From the NCBI RefSeq assembly GCF_004010195.1, contig NC_057718.1, positions 42,568,902 through 42,632,901 on the forward strand: DNA of 64,000 bases, written 5' to 3'. Below the pieces are notes generated by a model. The model saw only the letters and a program-made list of their open reading frames with translations, was not told the DNA's origin and did no database searches. Origin of the DNA: Chiloscyllium plagiosum (taxonomy: Eukaryota). Numbering within the stretch: the stretch's first letter is position 1; each line of letters begins with the position of its first letter. A program made the translations under genes and the position numbers. This document shows, one piece after another, positions 36,399 to 49,074 of this stretch.

Positions 36399-39300
36399 GA
36401 GTCATAGAGATGTACAGCATGGAAACAGACCCTTCGGACCAACCCGACCAGATATCCCAACCCAATCTAGTCCCACCTGCCAGCACCCAGCCCATATCCC
36501 TCCAAACCCTTCCTATTCATATACACATCCAAATGCCTTTTAAATGTTGCAATTGTACCAGCCTTCACCACTTCCTCTGGCAGCTCATTCCATACACGTA
36601 CCACCCTCTGTGTGGAAAAAGTTGCCCCTTAGGTCTCTTTATATCTTTCCCCTNNNNNNNNNNNNNNNNNNNNNNNNNNNNNNNNNNNNNNNNNNNNNNN
36701 NNNNNNNNNNNNNNNNNNNNNNNNNNNNNNNNNNNNNNNNNNNNNNNNNNNNNNNNNNNNNNNNNNNNNNNNNNNNNNNNNNNNNNNNNNNNNNNNNNNN
36801 NNNNNNNNNNNNNNNNNNNNNNNNNNNNNNNNNNNNNNNNNNNNNNNNNNNNNNNNNNNNNNNNNNNNNNNNNNNNNNNNNNNNNNNNNNNNNNNNNNNN
36901 NNNNNNNNNNNNNNNNNNNNNNNNNNNNNNNNNNNNNNNNNNNNNNNNNNNNNNNNNNNNNNNNNNNNNNNNNNNNNNNNNNNNNNNNNNNNNNNNNNNN
37001 NNNNNNNNNNNNNNNNNNNNNNNNNNNNNNNNNNNNNNNNNNNNNNNNNNNNNNNNNNNNNNNNNNNNNNNNNNNNNNNNNNNNNNNNNNNNNNNNNNNN
37101 NNNNNNNNNNNNNNNNNNNNNNNNNNNNNNNNNNNNNNNNNNNNNNNNNNNNNNNNNNNNNNNNNNNNNNNNNNNNNNNNNNNNNNNNNNNNNNNNNNNN
37201 NNNNNNNNNNNNNNNNNNNNNNNNNNNNNNNNNNNNNNNNNNNNNNNNNNNNNNNNNNNNNNNNNNNNNNNNNNNNNNNNNNNNNNNNNNNNNNNNNNNN
37301 NNNNNNNNNNNNNNNNNNNNNNNNNNNNNNNNNNNNNNNNNNNNNNNNNNNNNNNNNNNNNNNNNNNNNNNNNNNNNNNNNNNNNNNNNNNNNNNNNNNN
37401 NNNNNNNNNNNNNNNNNNNNNNNNNNNNNNNNNNNNNNNNNNNNNNNNNNNNNNNNNNNNNNNNNNNNNNNNNNNNNNNNNNNNNNNNNNNNNNNNNNNN
37501 NNNNNNNNNNNNNNNNNNNNNNNNNNNNNNNNNNNNNNNNNNGATGATACAAATATCTCAGTAAGAGGCCCAACAATCATTTCTCTAGCTTCCCACAGAG
37601 TTCTCGGGTACACCTGATCAGGTCCTGGGGATTTATTAATTTTTATGTGTTTCAAGTCATCCACTTCATCCTCTGTAATATAGACATTTTGCAAGATGTC
37701 ACCATCTATTTCCCTACAGTCTATATCTTCCATATCCTTTTCCACAGTAAATACTGATGCAAAATACTCGTTTAGTATCTCTCACATTTTCTGCAGCTCC
37801 ACACAAAGACCGCCTTGCTGATCTTTGAGGGGCCCAATTTTCTCCCTAGTTACCCTTTTGTCCTTAACGTATTTGTTAAAACCCTTTGGCTTCTCTTTAA
37901 TTCTATTTGCCAAAGCTATCTCATGACTCCTTTTTGCCCTCCTGATTTCCCTCTTAAGTATGCTCCTGCTGCCTTTATACTCTTCTAAGGTTTCACTCGA
38001 TCTATCATGTCTATACCTTACATATGCTTCCTTCTTTTTCTTAAACAAACCCTCAATTTCTTTCGTCATCCAGCATTCCCTATACCTACCAGCCTTTCCT
38101 TTCACCCTAACAGGAATATACTTTCTCTGAATTCTCGTTATCTCATTTCTGAAGGCTTCCCATTTTCCAGCCGTACCTTTACCTGCGAACATCTGCCTCC
38201 AATCAGCTTTCGAAAGTTCTTGCCTAATACCGTCAAAATTGGCCTTTCTCCAATTTCAAACTTAAACTTTTAGATCTGGTCTATCCTTTTCCATCACTGT
38301 TTTAAATTTAACAGAATTATGGTCGCTGGCCCCAAAGTGCTCTCCCCCTGACACCTCAGTCACCTGCCCTGCCTTATTTCCCAAGAGTAGGTCAGGTTTT
38401 GCGCCTTCTCTAGTAGATCCACATACCAAATCAGAAAATTTTCTTGTACACACTTAACAAATTCTTCTCCATCTAAACCCTTAACACTATGGCAGTCCCA
38501 GTCTATGGTTGGAATGTTAAAACCCCTACCATAATCACCCTAATATTCTTACAGATAGCTGAGCTCTCCTTACAAATTTGTTTCTCAATTTCCCTCTGAC
38601 TATTAGGAGGTCTATAATACAATCCCAATAAGGTGGTAATCCCTTTCTTATTTCCCAGTGCCACCCAAATAACTTCCCTGGATGTATTTCCAGGAAGACA
38701 CTCGCTCAGCACAGCTGTAATGCTATCCCTTATCAAAAATGCCACTCCCCCTCCTCTCTTGCTTCCCTTTCTCTCCTTCCTGTAGCATTTGTATCCTGGA
38801 ACATTAAGCTGCCAGCCCTGCCCATCCTTGAGCCATGTTTCTGTAATTGCTACAATATCCCAGTCCCATGTTGCTCGCCATGCCCTGAGTTCATCTGCCT
38901 TCCCTGTTAGGCCCCTTGTATTGAAATAAATGCAGTTTAATTTATTAGTCCTACCTTGTCCCTGCCTGCCCTGATTGTTTGACTTGCTTCTGTTCTCAAC
39001 TGTATCAGTCTCAGGATTGACCTCTTCCCTCACTATCTCCCTGGGTCCCACCCCCCCACCTTACTAGTTTAAATCCTCCCGAGCATCTCCAGCAACCTTC
39101 CCTGCCAGTATATTAGTCCCCTTCCAATTTAGGTGCAATCTGTCCTTTTTGTATAGGTCACTTCTACCCTGAAAGAGATTCCAATGATCCAAAAATGTGA
39201 ATCCTTCTTCCATACACCAGCTCCTCAGCCATGCATTCATCTGCTCTGTCCTCCTATTCCCGCCTTACTAGCTCGTAGCACTGGGAGTAATCCAGATATT

Positions 39301-40574
39301 GCTACTCTCGAGGACCTCCTTTTTAAATTCCTGCCTAACTCTCTCTAATCTCCCTTCAGACTCTCAACCTTTTCCCTTCCTATGTAGTTGGTTCCAATGT
39401 GGACAATGTCTTCTTGCTGGCCCCTCTCCCCCATGAGAACATTCTGCACCCTCTCTGAGACATCCTTGATCCTGGCACCAGGGAAGCAACAAACCATTCT
39501 GTTTTTTCTCTGCTGGCCACAGAAACGCCTGTCTGTACTTCGAACTAGAGAATCCCCTGACACAATTGATCTCTTGGAACCCAACGTACCCCTTGTTGCA
39601 TTAGAGCCAGTATCAGTACAAGAAACTTGGCTGTTCGTGCTACGTTCCCCTGAGAATCTACCCCCCCCCCCCCCCCACTACATTTTCCAAAACAGCATAC
39701 TTGTTTTAAATGGGTATAGCCACAAAAGACTCCTGCACTAGCTGCCTGCCTCTCTTACCTTTCCTGGACTTAACCCATCTATGTGACTGTATCTGAGACA
39801 TTCCCCCATTCCTATAACTGCAATCCACCACATACTGTTTTTGTTGCAAATTCTAACTGTCTCTCCACCCGATCCATTTGATCGGATAAGATTCGCAACC
39901 AACAGATATAATCCACTGCAATCCTTAAACTCTCTTTGAACACCCACATCTGACAAGAAGCATATATCACTCTACTAAAGGTTGTTTTTGCTTCTTCCCA
40001 ATCTACAGACCCAGAAAATAACACCATCTTATTCCTCTACAAACATTTCCCCAAGTTAAATTAATAGTTATGGCTTATACTTTAAGTTTAATCAAGAGAC
40101 ATATCTCCAAAAACACATAGTCAAGAAAGAACCCACTCTGCTCACTACTGCAGATTTTCTATAGGTCACACGCAAAACAACAATTCACTTATCTGCTTCT
40201 GTGCTGTGAACTTCACCCAACAGTTCCTCCAAGATCAGTTGTGAATTTCACTGTTTATTAATTTTCCTGGATGCACTCTGATGTCCAGCGATACATGAAT
40301 TCAAACAGCAAAGGCAGTGTCAGTTTCTTTCTTTCTCTCTCTCCTGCACTGACCTCACCATTTGCTTCCTTTGTCTGTTCTTCTCCCTTTTAAAACTGCT
40401 GTTGTTTTGACTTTTTTTCCCAAAGTTCCAAAACAATGTAACAGCAAATAAAACAGTAATTGCTGCACCTGGAATTTGAGGAAATCACCTCCCGCACCTA
40501 AAATACCTCAAAAAAAGAAGCAGCTGTTACAGCCAGAATTTTTTTCTGTCCTCCATCTTGGATTACCCAGCATC
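36399..40574 (-). mobile_element. Near-full-length CR1 (HER1-like) LINE: 5' UTR, ORF1 esterase, ORF2 endonuclease, RT hidden in the gap, 3' UTR; frameshifted
   Basis: ORF1 has GDSLVRSTDRRFCG..MVCCFPGARIKDV..VHIGTN. The endonuclease has YFNTRGL..DIVAITETWL..RGGGVA..GLYYRPPNS and SDHNSV. KSPGPDQVYPR precedes the gap. CTTATA is at 36393-36398 and 40575-40580. Confidence 0.95.
36654..37542. other. Assembly gap (889 N)
   Basis: Run of N bases. Confidence 1.
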
Positions 40575-42074
40575 CTTATATTAATTACTATTCCTACATT
40601 TTAGGTGAAAAAAAATTAGAACCTTAGTTCAATGGAGAATTGTTTCAGTTCGGGTAGACTAATGACTAGAATGATTGTGGAACACTTACTGTTGTGTTTT
40701 TCATGTACTTCATGAAATGTACTCCAACGAAAGATCTCTATATGTATATTGTATAGAACATACAATTGCAAATTAAATAATGCTGCATTATATGTATATG
40801 TTCTTGATAATGTGTTGGCACCACCCTAATAAACAGAGAAAAAAAATCTCACAAGCATCAATGCCTTCTGAAAAATAAATCTAAAACCTAAATATTTTGT
40901 TGCATTTTGGTACTTTTGATGCTTCATATATGTAGGAACAAATTTACGAAGATAATAATTTTTCAGAAGACAGCAGAGTTCTAATCACGTGCTAATTTGT
41001 TCATGCATTAACCGGTACAATGCAGGGAGAGGCTAAAGACTACCCTGAATCTGGCCTTAATATGGGGCCCAGTCACCTTCTTAATTTCTGGCTCCGATTG
41101 GAATAAATGTTAATGACGCACTAATTTCAATACAAACCATTCTCATTTTATATCTTTTCTTGTTAACTTAACAACATATTCCCTCTCCCTGTATACTATT
41201 GGTTAACTAGTGCTGGATTGCCCAACTATGATTGGGTTTTTAATACATCAGTCTATATTAGTAATTGTTTGTTGCTGTGATTTTATTGGGCCATTTTAGC
41301 ATGTGAGAAATTGAACCCTCCATGGTCACTTGTGACCTTTTATCTCTCAACTATGGCGTCTGTCAGCTATCTTGTACAAGACTCCAACTGTCTTCTCTGA
41401 GATTTCCCATCGTTCCAGCTCTCTTGATAAGAGATAGGGAGTGCCCTCACCATCACTCATAATTAGATTTTATTCCTTTCTTTCTAATGTGTTGTTTAGT
41501 GATTTTTTATATATATTTGTGTGTGTTAAAACTATAATTTATTCAGAAACTACATCTATAATTATCATGAAGATTCTTAATTAAAACCTACTTATATGAT
41601 AACTGATGAGAAAAGCTTAAGAGAAATAACTAATTGGTGTGAATTGTTCCTTAGGATAACAAAGAAGCTTGCATATCCAATCTTACAGAGAAAACAGACA
41701 GCCATTATCATCTGTGCTGAGATCACATTAAGCAAATGTTTCCCATACTTTATAATATCTATTACTGCAAAGCTTGTTGGGGCTTTCCTTGACCATTTTA
41801 TGCTGTTATTGCCGTGGGCAGCCCTAACTATATGTTAGATATTATCAATGGAATCTTGTAAGGGCCTGAACCACATGAGCTGTGGCAAGATTTATGGTAG
41901 AATCAGTCGAGAAATCTGGCAAGGCCCATTTCGATGTCACAAGCATCTCATTCCATCTTTTATGCTTTTGCCAAGCAATAAGATGAGCTTCTCATCAGGC
42001 AGTATAAGTTAGCAACTAAGGGGATTATTTTTGTTAAAATCTTGTTAACAACTTAGCCCGTCTCTTCCCTGGCT

Positions 42075-42172
42075 TCACAGGGGGCTTCAAAATACTGAAT
42101 ATGTCACCTAGATAGGGGACGAAACATCACCAAATCAACTTCCCACCTCAGCAAACATACCCACAACTATGA
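42075..42172 (+). mobile_element. Short Poseidon-like PLE terminal fragment with a mutated hammerhead
   Basis: ctgaatatgtcacctagataggggacgaaacatc..cccacaactatgac matches 28140-28222. Confidence 0.8.
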
Positions 42173-42289
42173 CTGCTTCATCATATTCAACTAATTATCT
42201 GACTAAATCAACCCAGCAAGTTAGATATCAAGATGTCAAAGCCTGAGATGTTTCCACTAGCATTGTCAGTGGCGGACACATCTGTCTGG

Positions 42290-42700
42290 ATGTAGCTTCA
42301 CATTCAAGTATCTCAAAGTACTGCAAGAGAAATTCATATTTCCACTCAACAAATATGGAAGACTATGACTGGATAGGTGATTTGTTTGGTTCACTGTCTT
42401 TTGATTCATCACAAGTTGACATTAAAATAAAAAGGTGAGTACCCAGAGCTATGATGGATTCCACAACGAAGAAGTTTGGAAAGCTGTCTTTATACGCGTT
42501 TTGACTGACTGCAGTACATTAATATCCAGTGATCTCTGACTGTGCTGTTGCTACACTCTTGCCATTTGCGACAAGATAGCTCAGTGAGCTAGCATTTTCC
42601 ACACTGCCATACATGGGAAACAACAGGAGAGACCACTTGTCAGTGAAGCAAGGTTTGCAGGTGGCCCTCTCATCAGTTCCTGTCTGGATCAAGAGGCTCC
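42290..42700 (+). pseudogene. Fossil hAT (Charlie/Buster-type) transposase C-terminal dimerisation region
   Basis: Reads FHSTNMEDYDWIGDLF, then KLSLYAF*LTAVH*YPVISDCAVATLLPFATR*LSELAFSTLPYMGNNRRDHLSVKQGLQVALSSVP. This matches the FW..EYP..LLPFATTYLCE.GFS..R.RL..L.VALS pattern. Confidence 0.85.
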
Positions 42701-45406
42701 ATGCACACCAGAATAGTCCACGTTTCCCACTAACTGTACTACAAATTTCTTCAATGCTGTGTTTTACTGTGATCAATTCTTCATGAATAGTTAGAAATAG
42801 TTGAGATGAATGGATCTTAAATGTGACTGTGTTTACAGCCCCAAATACTCCTTCCAAATAGTGAAGAGGGAAAGCACAGCAGAAAATTTAAATTTTGACA
42901 TACTGAAAGTTGTGATACATTGTTTCAAAAGCTGGGCATTCATATTCTGCAATGTCACTGTGTACACTTTTCTGATTTGTTAACACTCTGTAGTTGATAT
43001 TTTTGCACGTACTGCTTGCAAGTTCATCTTTATTAGCTTTGCTGCTTATATTCTGAAAAATGCAGTCTGCATAATCTGTTTGCTCAGGATGATTACGCAT
43101 TACTTTATTGTAAAAGGGATCGAATGCGAATGTAATCAGAATACTTCCTCATTTTTGTGATGCTTTGACTTATCTGAGTAGAGGATATGCTCAGTTCAGA
43201 TATGCTCAGCAGTCAACAGCCTATTTGGTTTCCATCTTAATTGGTTGGCGTAGCTGTAACCTTGTGCAGTTGCCAAGACGTTCCATTTATATTATAAAGC
43301 AGATTTATTTGGTAATATTTAACAAAAAGCAACAAGAGATGAGCCATTCTTTTCATGCGCAGTGGCACAGAAAGTATTGATTTAATATAGGAAATGGCAA
43401 TTCTGACTAAGAAGAGAATGGGAAAAGCAGTGGTGGAGAGCAGACTTGCCCTGGTTGGCGACCCTCATAATTTCCAGGAGCAGGTGTAGGTGGCAATTAC
43501 AGCTGCAGCCGTTATCATGAAACTTCCATAGTAAGTGATAAATTGCAAATAGCTAGCACACAGTGCAGAACAATAAACTCAAATAAATCTTCACCTGTAG
43601 TAATGACAGGATAGGAAGAGTGGCAGCTATAACAAGGCTGCTGTTGTCACCCAGTTTACTGTAGTCTTGATATCCATCATTATCAGCCAGGTCTTGCTCA
43701 AAAGCCAGACAAGCAAGCCCAAAGAAGAATGAGATGTTTGCTCTGAACTGTCCAGCTGGTCCCATCTGGCAGCTAGTAAATGGGATTTTTGCCTGTTCAC
43801 TGGGCCAAAGCTGTCTATCATTTTTAGCAGGTATCTGATCACACCTCACTGTGGGACAATATGGCATCATGCTGTACATTACAAACTTGGCATCCAACAT
43901 AATGCCATCAGTAGTACAGTTCAAGCTGTGATGGTATTTGAAGAAAAAAATCCAGTGTCACGCACACATCAGTGTATCTAAGATACATTTAAAGTAAAAT
44001 GATTTATGGAATCCTTATGGCAGGTTAAAAAATAGCAGGTGCTTTAACCTTGTGCATTTATAGAATGGAGTTCAAATATTTGCTATTCATTTAGTGCTCC
44101 TTTATTTCCCAAAAGTATTTTCTTTTAGGTAGATTGTTTGATTGAGAATAGTAACTGAATTTAAAATACCAGTGCTTTTCTGTTCCATAAAAAAGTATTT
44201 GATTAAATAGTTTTTTTTTATTTTTGCTAAAGTAAATGCAAAGCAGTTTCTATCAGAACATCTGTTCAATCTTTCAGGATGATATGGGTATAGCTGGCAA
44301 GATCAGCATTTGTTGCCCATCTCTAACTGCACTTGGGAAGGTGATAATGAACTGTCATCTTAAACTACTGCAGTCCATCTGGTTTAAGTAGACCACAGTG
44401 CTGTTTGGACGATATTCTAGGTTTTTGACTCAACAACAGTGCAGAAAGCATGATTATAGATGTAACTCAGGATGCTGTGTGGCTTAGAAGGGACCTTGCA
44501 GATAGTGAGGATTTCCTGCATCTGTTGCTCTTGTACGTTGAGGTGGAATAACTGTGAGTTGAAATGTGCTGTTGAGTTGGGCTTACTGAGCCTGTAGTAT
44601 CTTAGATGGGATACAGACTGCTGCCACTGTGCAAGTGGTGAAGGAAGTACACATTTATGTTGACGATATTCGAGTAACCTGCTTTGTCCTAAGTTGTGCT
44701 GAACGTCTTAAATGTTCCTGGAGCTTTACTCAGCCAGGGAAGCAAAAAGTGCTCCTACACACTCCTGGTGTTTATGGTGGACACACTTTGGAAAGTCAAA
44801 TAATGCAGTATTCACTGCAGAATTCCAAGCTTCTGACCTACTCGTATAGCCAAAATAATTATATGACTTGTCCAGTTAAATTTCTGGTCAATAATATCAA
44901 TAATGGGTGATTCCGCAATGTAATTTCATTGAATGTCAGGATGAAATGGTTAGATTATGAACATTATCTAAGTGCTGCTGCATATGGGCGTGAATTGTTT
45001 TACAATCTGAGCAGTTGTAAATAATACTTAATATTATTCAGTCACCAGCATGTATGTCCACTTTTGGCTTTCTAATGGAAGAAATTTCATTTAAGAAGGA
45101 GTTAAAGATGTTTGGGTGTAGATTGCTACCTAAGGACCTCCTGCAGTGATGTGCTGGATTTGAGATAATTGTTTTCCAACAACCAAAGTTAATCGTCTTT
45201 TGTGCCAAGTATGAGTCCGATAAGTAAAAACTTTTCCCTTGATTTCCATTCACTTTACTTTTGTTGGAACCCCTTGATGCCACATTCAATCAAATCCTGC
45301 CTAGATGAAAGGACAGTCAGGAATTCAACTCTTTTTGTAAAATAGCAAATGTCTCTAATTCTCCACCACTGAAAGCTGTATTGGCTGCATCACTGAAAGT
45401 CTATGA

Positions 45407-46482
45407 ATAGACAATAGGTGCAGGAGTAGGCCATTCTGCGCTTCGAACCTGCATCACCATTCAATATGATCATGGTTGATCATCCTTAATCAGTATCCTG
45501 TTCCTGCCTTATCTCCGTAACCATTGATTCCACTATCCTTGAGAGCTCTATTCAACTTTCTTAAATGAATCCAGAGACTGGGCCTCCACTGCCCTCTGGG
45601 GCAGAGTATTCCACACAGCCACCACTCTCTGGGTGACAAGGTTTCTCCTCATCTCTATCCTAAATGGTCTACCCCGTATTTTTAAGCTGTGTCTTCTGGT
45701 TCGGCACTCACCCATCAGCGGAAACATGTTTCCTGCCTCCAGAGTGTCCAATCCTTTAATAATCTTATATGTCTCAATCAGATCCCCTCTCAGTCTTCTA
45801 AACTTAAGGCTACACAAGCCCAGTCGCTCCAGTCTTTCAGCGTAAGGTAGTCCCGCCATTCCAGGAATTGACATCGTGAACCTACGCTACACTTCCTCAA
45901 TAGCCAGAATGTCTTTCCTCAAATTTGGAGATCAGAACTGCACACAGTACTCCAGGTGTAGTCTCACCAGGGCCCTGTACAGCTGCAGAAGAACCTCTTT
46001 GCTTCTATACTCAATCCCTCTTGTTATGAAGGCCAGCATGCTATTAGCCTTCTTCACTACTGCTGTGCGTGCATGCTTACCTTCATTGACTGGTGTACAA
46101 GAACACCCAGATCTCCCTGTACTGCCCATACCATCTTCTATATCATTAACATATATTGTAATAAGTTGCGGTCCCAGCACTGATCCCTGCGGTACCCCAC
46201 TGGTCACTGCCTGCCATTCCGAAATGGAGCCGTTTATCACTACTCTTTGTTTCCTATCTGCCAACCAACTTTCAATCCAAGTTAGTACTTTGCCCCCAAT
46301 ACCATGCACCCTAATTTTGCTCACTAACCTCCTATGTGGGACTTTATCAAAAGCTTTCTGAAATTCCAGGTACACTACATCTACTGGATCTCCATCGTCC
46401 ATCTTCAGAGTTACATCCTCAAAAAATTCCAGAAGATTAGTCAAGCATGATTTCTCCTTCATAAATCCATGCTGACACTGAC
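45407..46482 (-). mobile_element. 5'-truncated, internally deleted CR1, same subfamily as 921-2559
   Basis: ORFs 45932-46642 and 45548-45874 nearly match the peptides at 1003-2261. CTATG flanks both ends. Confidence 0.95.
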
Positions 46483-46874
46483 CTATGGAAGAGGGGCAAG
46501 ATAGTTCTTCTGAAGTATTGAAACGTTGACCCTTATGCTGAGCTGACATAATAAAAGGAGTTGAGGCCTGGGGCAGATCAGTTATCATCATCATCACATC
46601 ATCATCATCAGGTGGAACAGACTTGAGGGACAAAATGGCCACCTTCTGTTCCCATTTTTTTGTATTGTTTTATCCATATCTGCTGTAATGAGGCCTGGAG
46701 CCAAATCGCTCTGGTGAAAACCAAACTGTACATAGGTAAGTAAACTTTTGTTTGTAAATGCTGCTAGTTGACACTTTGTTGATATCTACTCAATAACACT
46801 TGCTAATGTTCAAGAGTTAAGGCTGATGGCATAATAATTGGCTGAATTGTATTTGTCCTGGATTTAATGGATAA

Positions 46875-47140
46875 GGGAAAGACTTGAAAGGGACTTAAGG
46901 GGCAAATTTTTCATGCAGAGGATGGTGCATGTATGGAATGAGCTTCCCGAGGAAGTGGTGGAGGCTGTACAATTACAACATTAAAAAAGTATCTGTATGG
47001 GTATATGAATAGGAATGGTTGAGAGGGATATGGGCCAAAGCTGGCAAATGGGACCAGATTTATTTGGGATATCTGGTCAGCAATCGATGAGTTGGACCAA
47101 AGGGTCTGTTTCCGTGCTGTACGTCACTGTGACTGTATGA
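46875..47140 (+). mobile_element. CR1 (HER1-like) 3' UTR fragment
   Basis: Inverse match to 36400-36650; ends gtctgtttccgtgctgtac..ctgtgactgtatga. Confidence 0.85.
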
Positions 47141-48368
47141 TAAGCTGTGCTTGGACAACCTTCCACATTGTCTGATATATCCCATTATTGTAGCTGTATT
47201 GAAGAAGTTTGGCCAAGCATGTAGCTAGTTCTGGACCACAGCACTTCAATAATGCAGCTAGAGTTTTATCAGGACCTAGAGTCATTGCTGTACCCAGTGG
47301 CTTTATTCATTTCTTGATATTTTATGGATTGATTCAAATTGGCTTAAAGTTTGTATCTGATGTTTCAGACTTCAGGAGCAGGCCAAGATGATCTCTTGAT
47401 TACAAATGGTTCAGTCTTGTCTTAGACACAGTTGTCCTGGACTACTCACTTATTGAGGATTAGACATTTGTGGAGCCTCGTTCAACTCTTCATCATGACT
47501 AGATATGGAAGACAGTAATACTTTGCTCTGATTTGGCAATTTTGTAGATTGCTCAGCTCTGTCTATAATATACTTGGAACTGCTGTTGTAACTTCACCAG
47601 GTTGGCACCTCATGTTTAGGCATGTTTTGTACTGGAATTAAAAGTGAAATTATGTATATGTACTTGAAATTACTTTTTAGATGTTTTAAATTACACAATA
47701 CTTTGATTGGTCTTTTCTTAAATTACTGAATGAATCTTTCTGGTTTTATACTGAGAACTATCATGAAAAGCTTCAATTTGTTTCTTTTGGCAAACAGTTA
47801 AGAAATGTGCATCTTCTAACTGATGAATTGAAAGCCTGCATTTATTTTATTTCTAGGGTAATTTCCAAATTTCAACATTTACCTTTGTTGAAGAACTAGA
47901 ATGTGGCTTGGCTGTAGCTTTTTTGATCCATCATTGAGAAATAAATCACCAAACTGAATTAAACAAAAGGTTTTATCCATATTCCATGAGGATGAACTGT
48001 GAACAATTAATGAAAAATATCTCTTTTGAATTTTAACTTCAGAAAATGAATCTGAATTTAAAAATGAAAGATATCAAAATGTTGAATTGCATAAGTCTTT
48101 AGGATTTAAAGATTTCTGCCAATTTTGTGTTATGAACTGAACTAGTCAAACTAAAATACTTTACCCATTATTTCAAACATCTTAAAATCACCCTTTATGT
48201 ATATTTCTTACACAAAGTTCCAAATATATTGCTATTCTGTTGTATTTGCCTTTATAAAGCCTTTCAAGAAGTCAAAGTATCAATATAGAACCTTCTGCAT
48301 TAGGTTTTCCCTGTATTTCCTTTTCTAATTATTTCACACCTATGTTTCTCCTCTTTCTTGTTTTTGAC

Positions 48369-48401
48369 ATTCCCTCCTACTATAATTCCCTCCTACTATA
48401 A
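48369..48401. repeat. 16-bp tandem duplication
   Basis: attccctcctactata occurs twice. Confidence 0.9.
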
Positions 48402-49074
48402 TATATATGCATCCTCTTGCAGATTGATTCTGAGCCTTTAAATTGGTCCTATGAATGTTTCTTAAATGTGAGAATTAAATTTCTAATTTTAATCATAAAT
48501 TTGATTTAAACCAAGCCAACATCATTTTAATGATGATTACATTATATGTTTCCTAATGATACTGAGTCATGACAGAGATTTATTTGTGTACAGTAAGTAG
48601 TGACGGGATTAATTTCCTCCAGTCACTACTTGCTCCACTCTCAGGACATCAGTGGACATTGGGAGAAATGTCAGTTGTACATGTAACAGTTCCGGTGACA
48701 AGCTAGAGAAGCCCTGATGAACTTCTTCACCCAAGCGTTTCCATTCAGTGTAATGCTACACTGGAAAAACTCAGTAAGGTCAAAAGATGCATTTGTTTTA
48801 AATCAAAGCGCGTTACTTCCAAGAGCACATTTTATCTGACAGGGAGAAGGCAAGTGAGGACTCTGCTTCCTTTCTGCCTTCAACTTGATTCAGTAACAAA
48901 GTCCACAGAGGGCCTCACTCTACTGCTGCTGTGATTAATCTCATAAAGGATAGTGAACGTGCAATGTGGGGATCAACACATGCAAAACAGTGTGGGCAGC
49001 CCTGTAATTAGTTTGTAGCTTTTAGTGGGCAGGGTACAGGCAGTGTATTAAATTGAATGAAAAACCCTACATAA

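Larger units (their letters stand above)
44275..47630 (-). mobile_element. Old decayed LINE (CR1 superfamily) split by younger insertions
   Basis: Minus strand near 46680-46730 reads QFGFHQSDLAPGLITA (RT QFGFR motif). Its 3' end motif cagcatttgttgcccatctctaactgc recurs at 19490 and 51410. Confidence 0.6.

Noticed and set aside
36389..37745. Long ORFs of 315-391 aa in the ORF track
   Set aside because: Artefacts of translating through the N gap.
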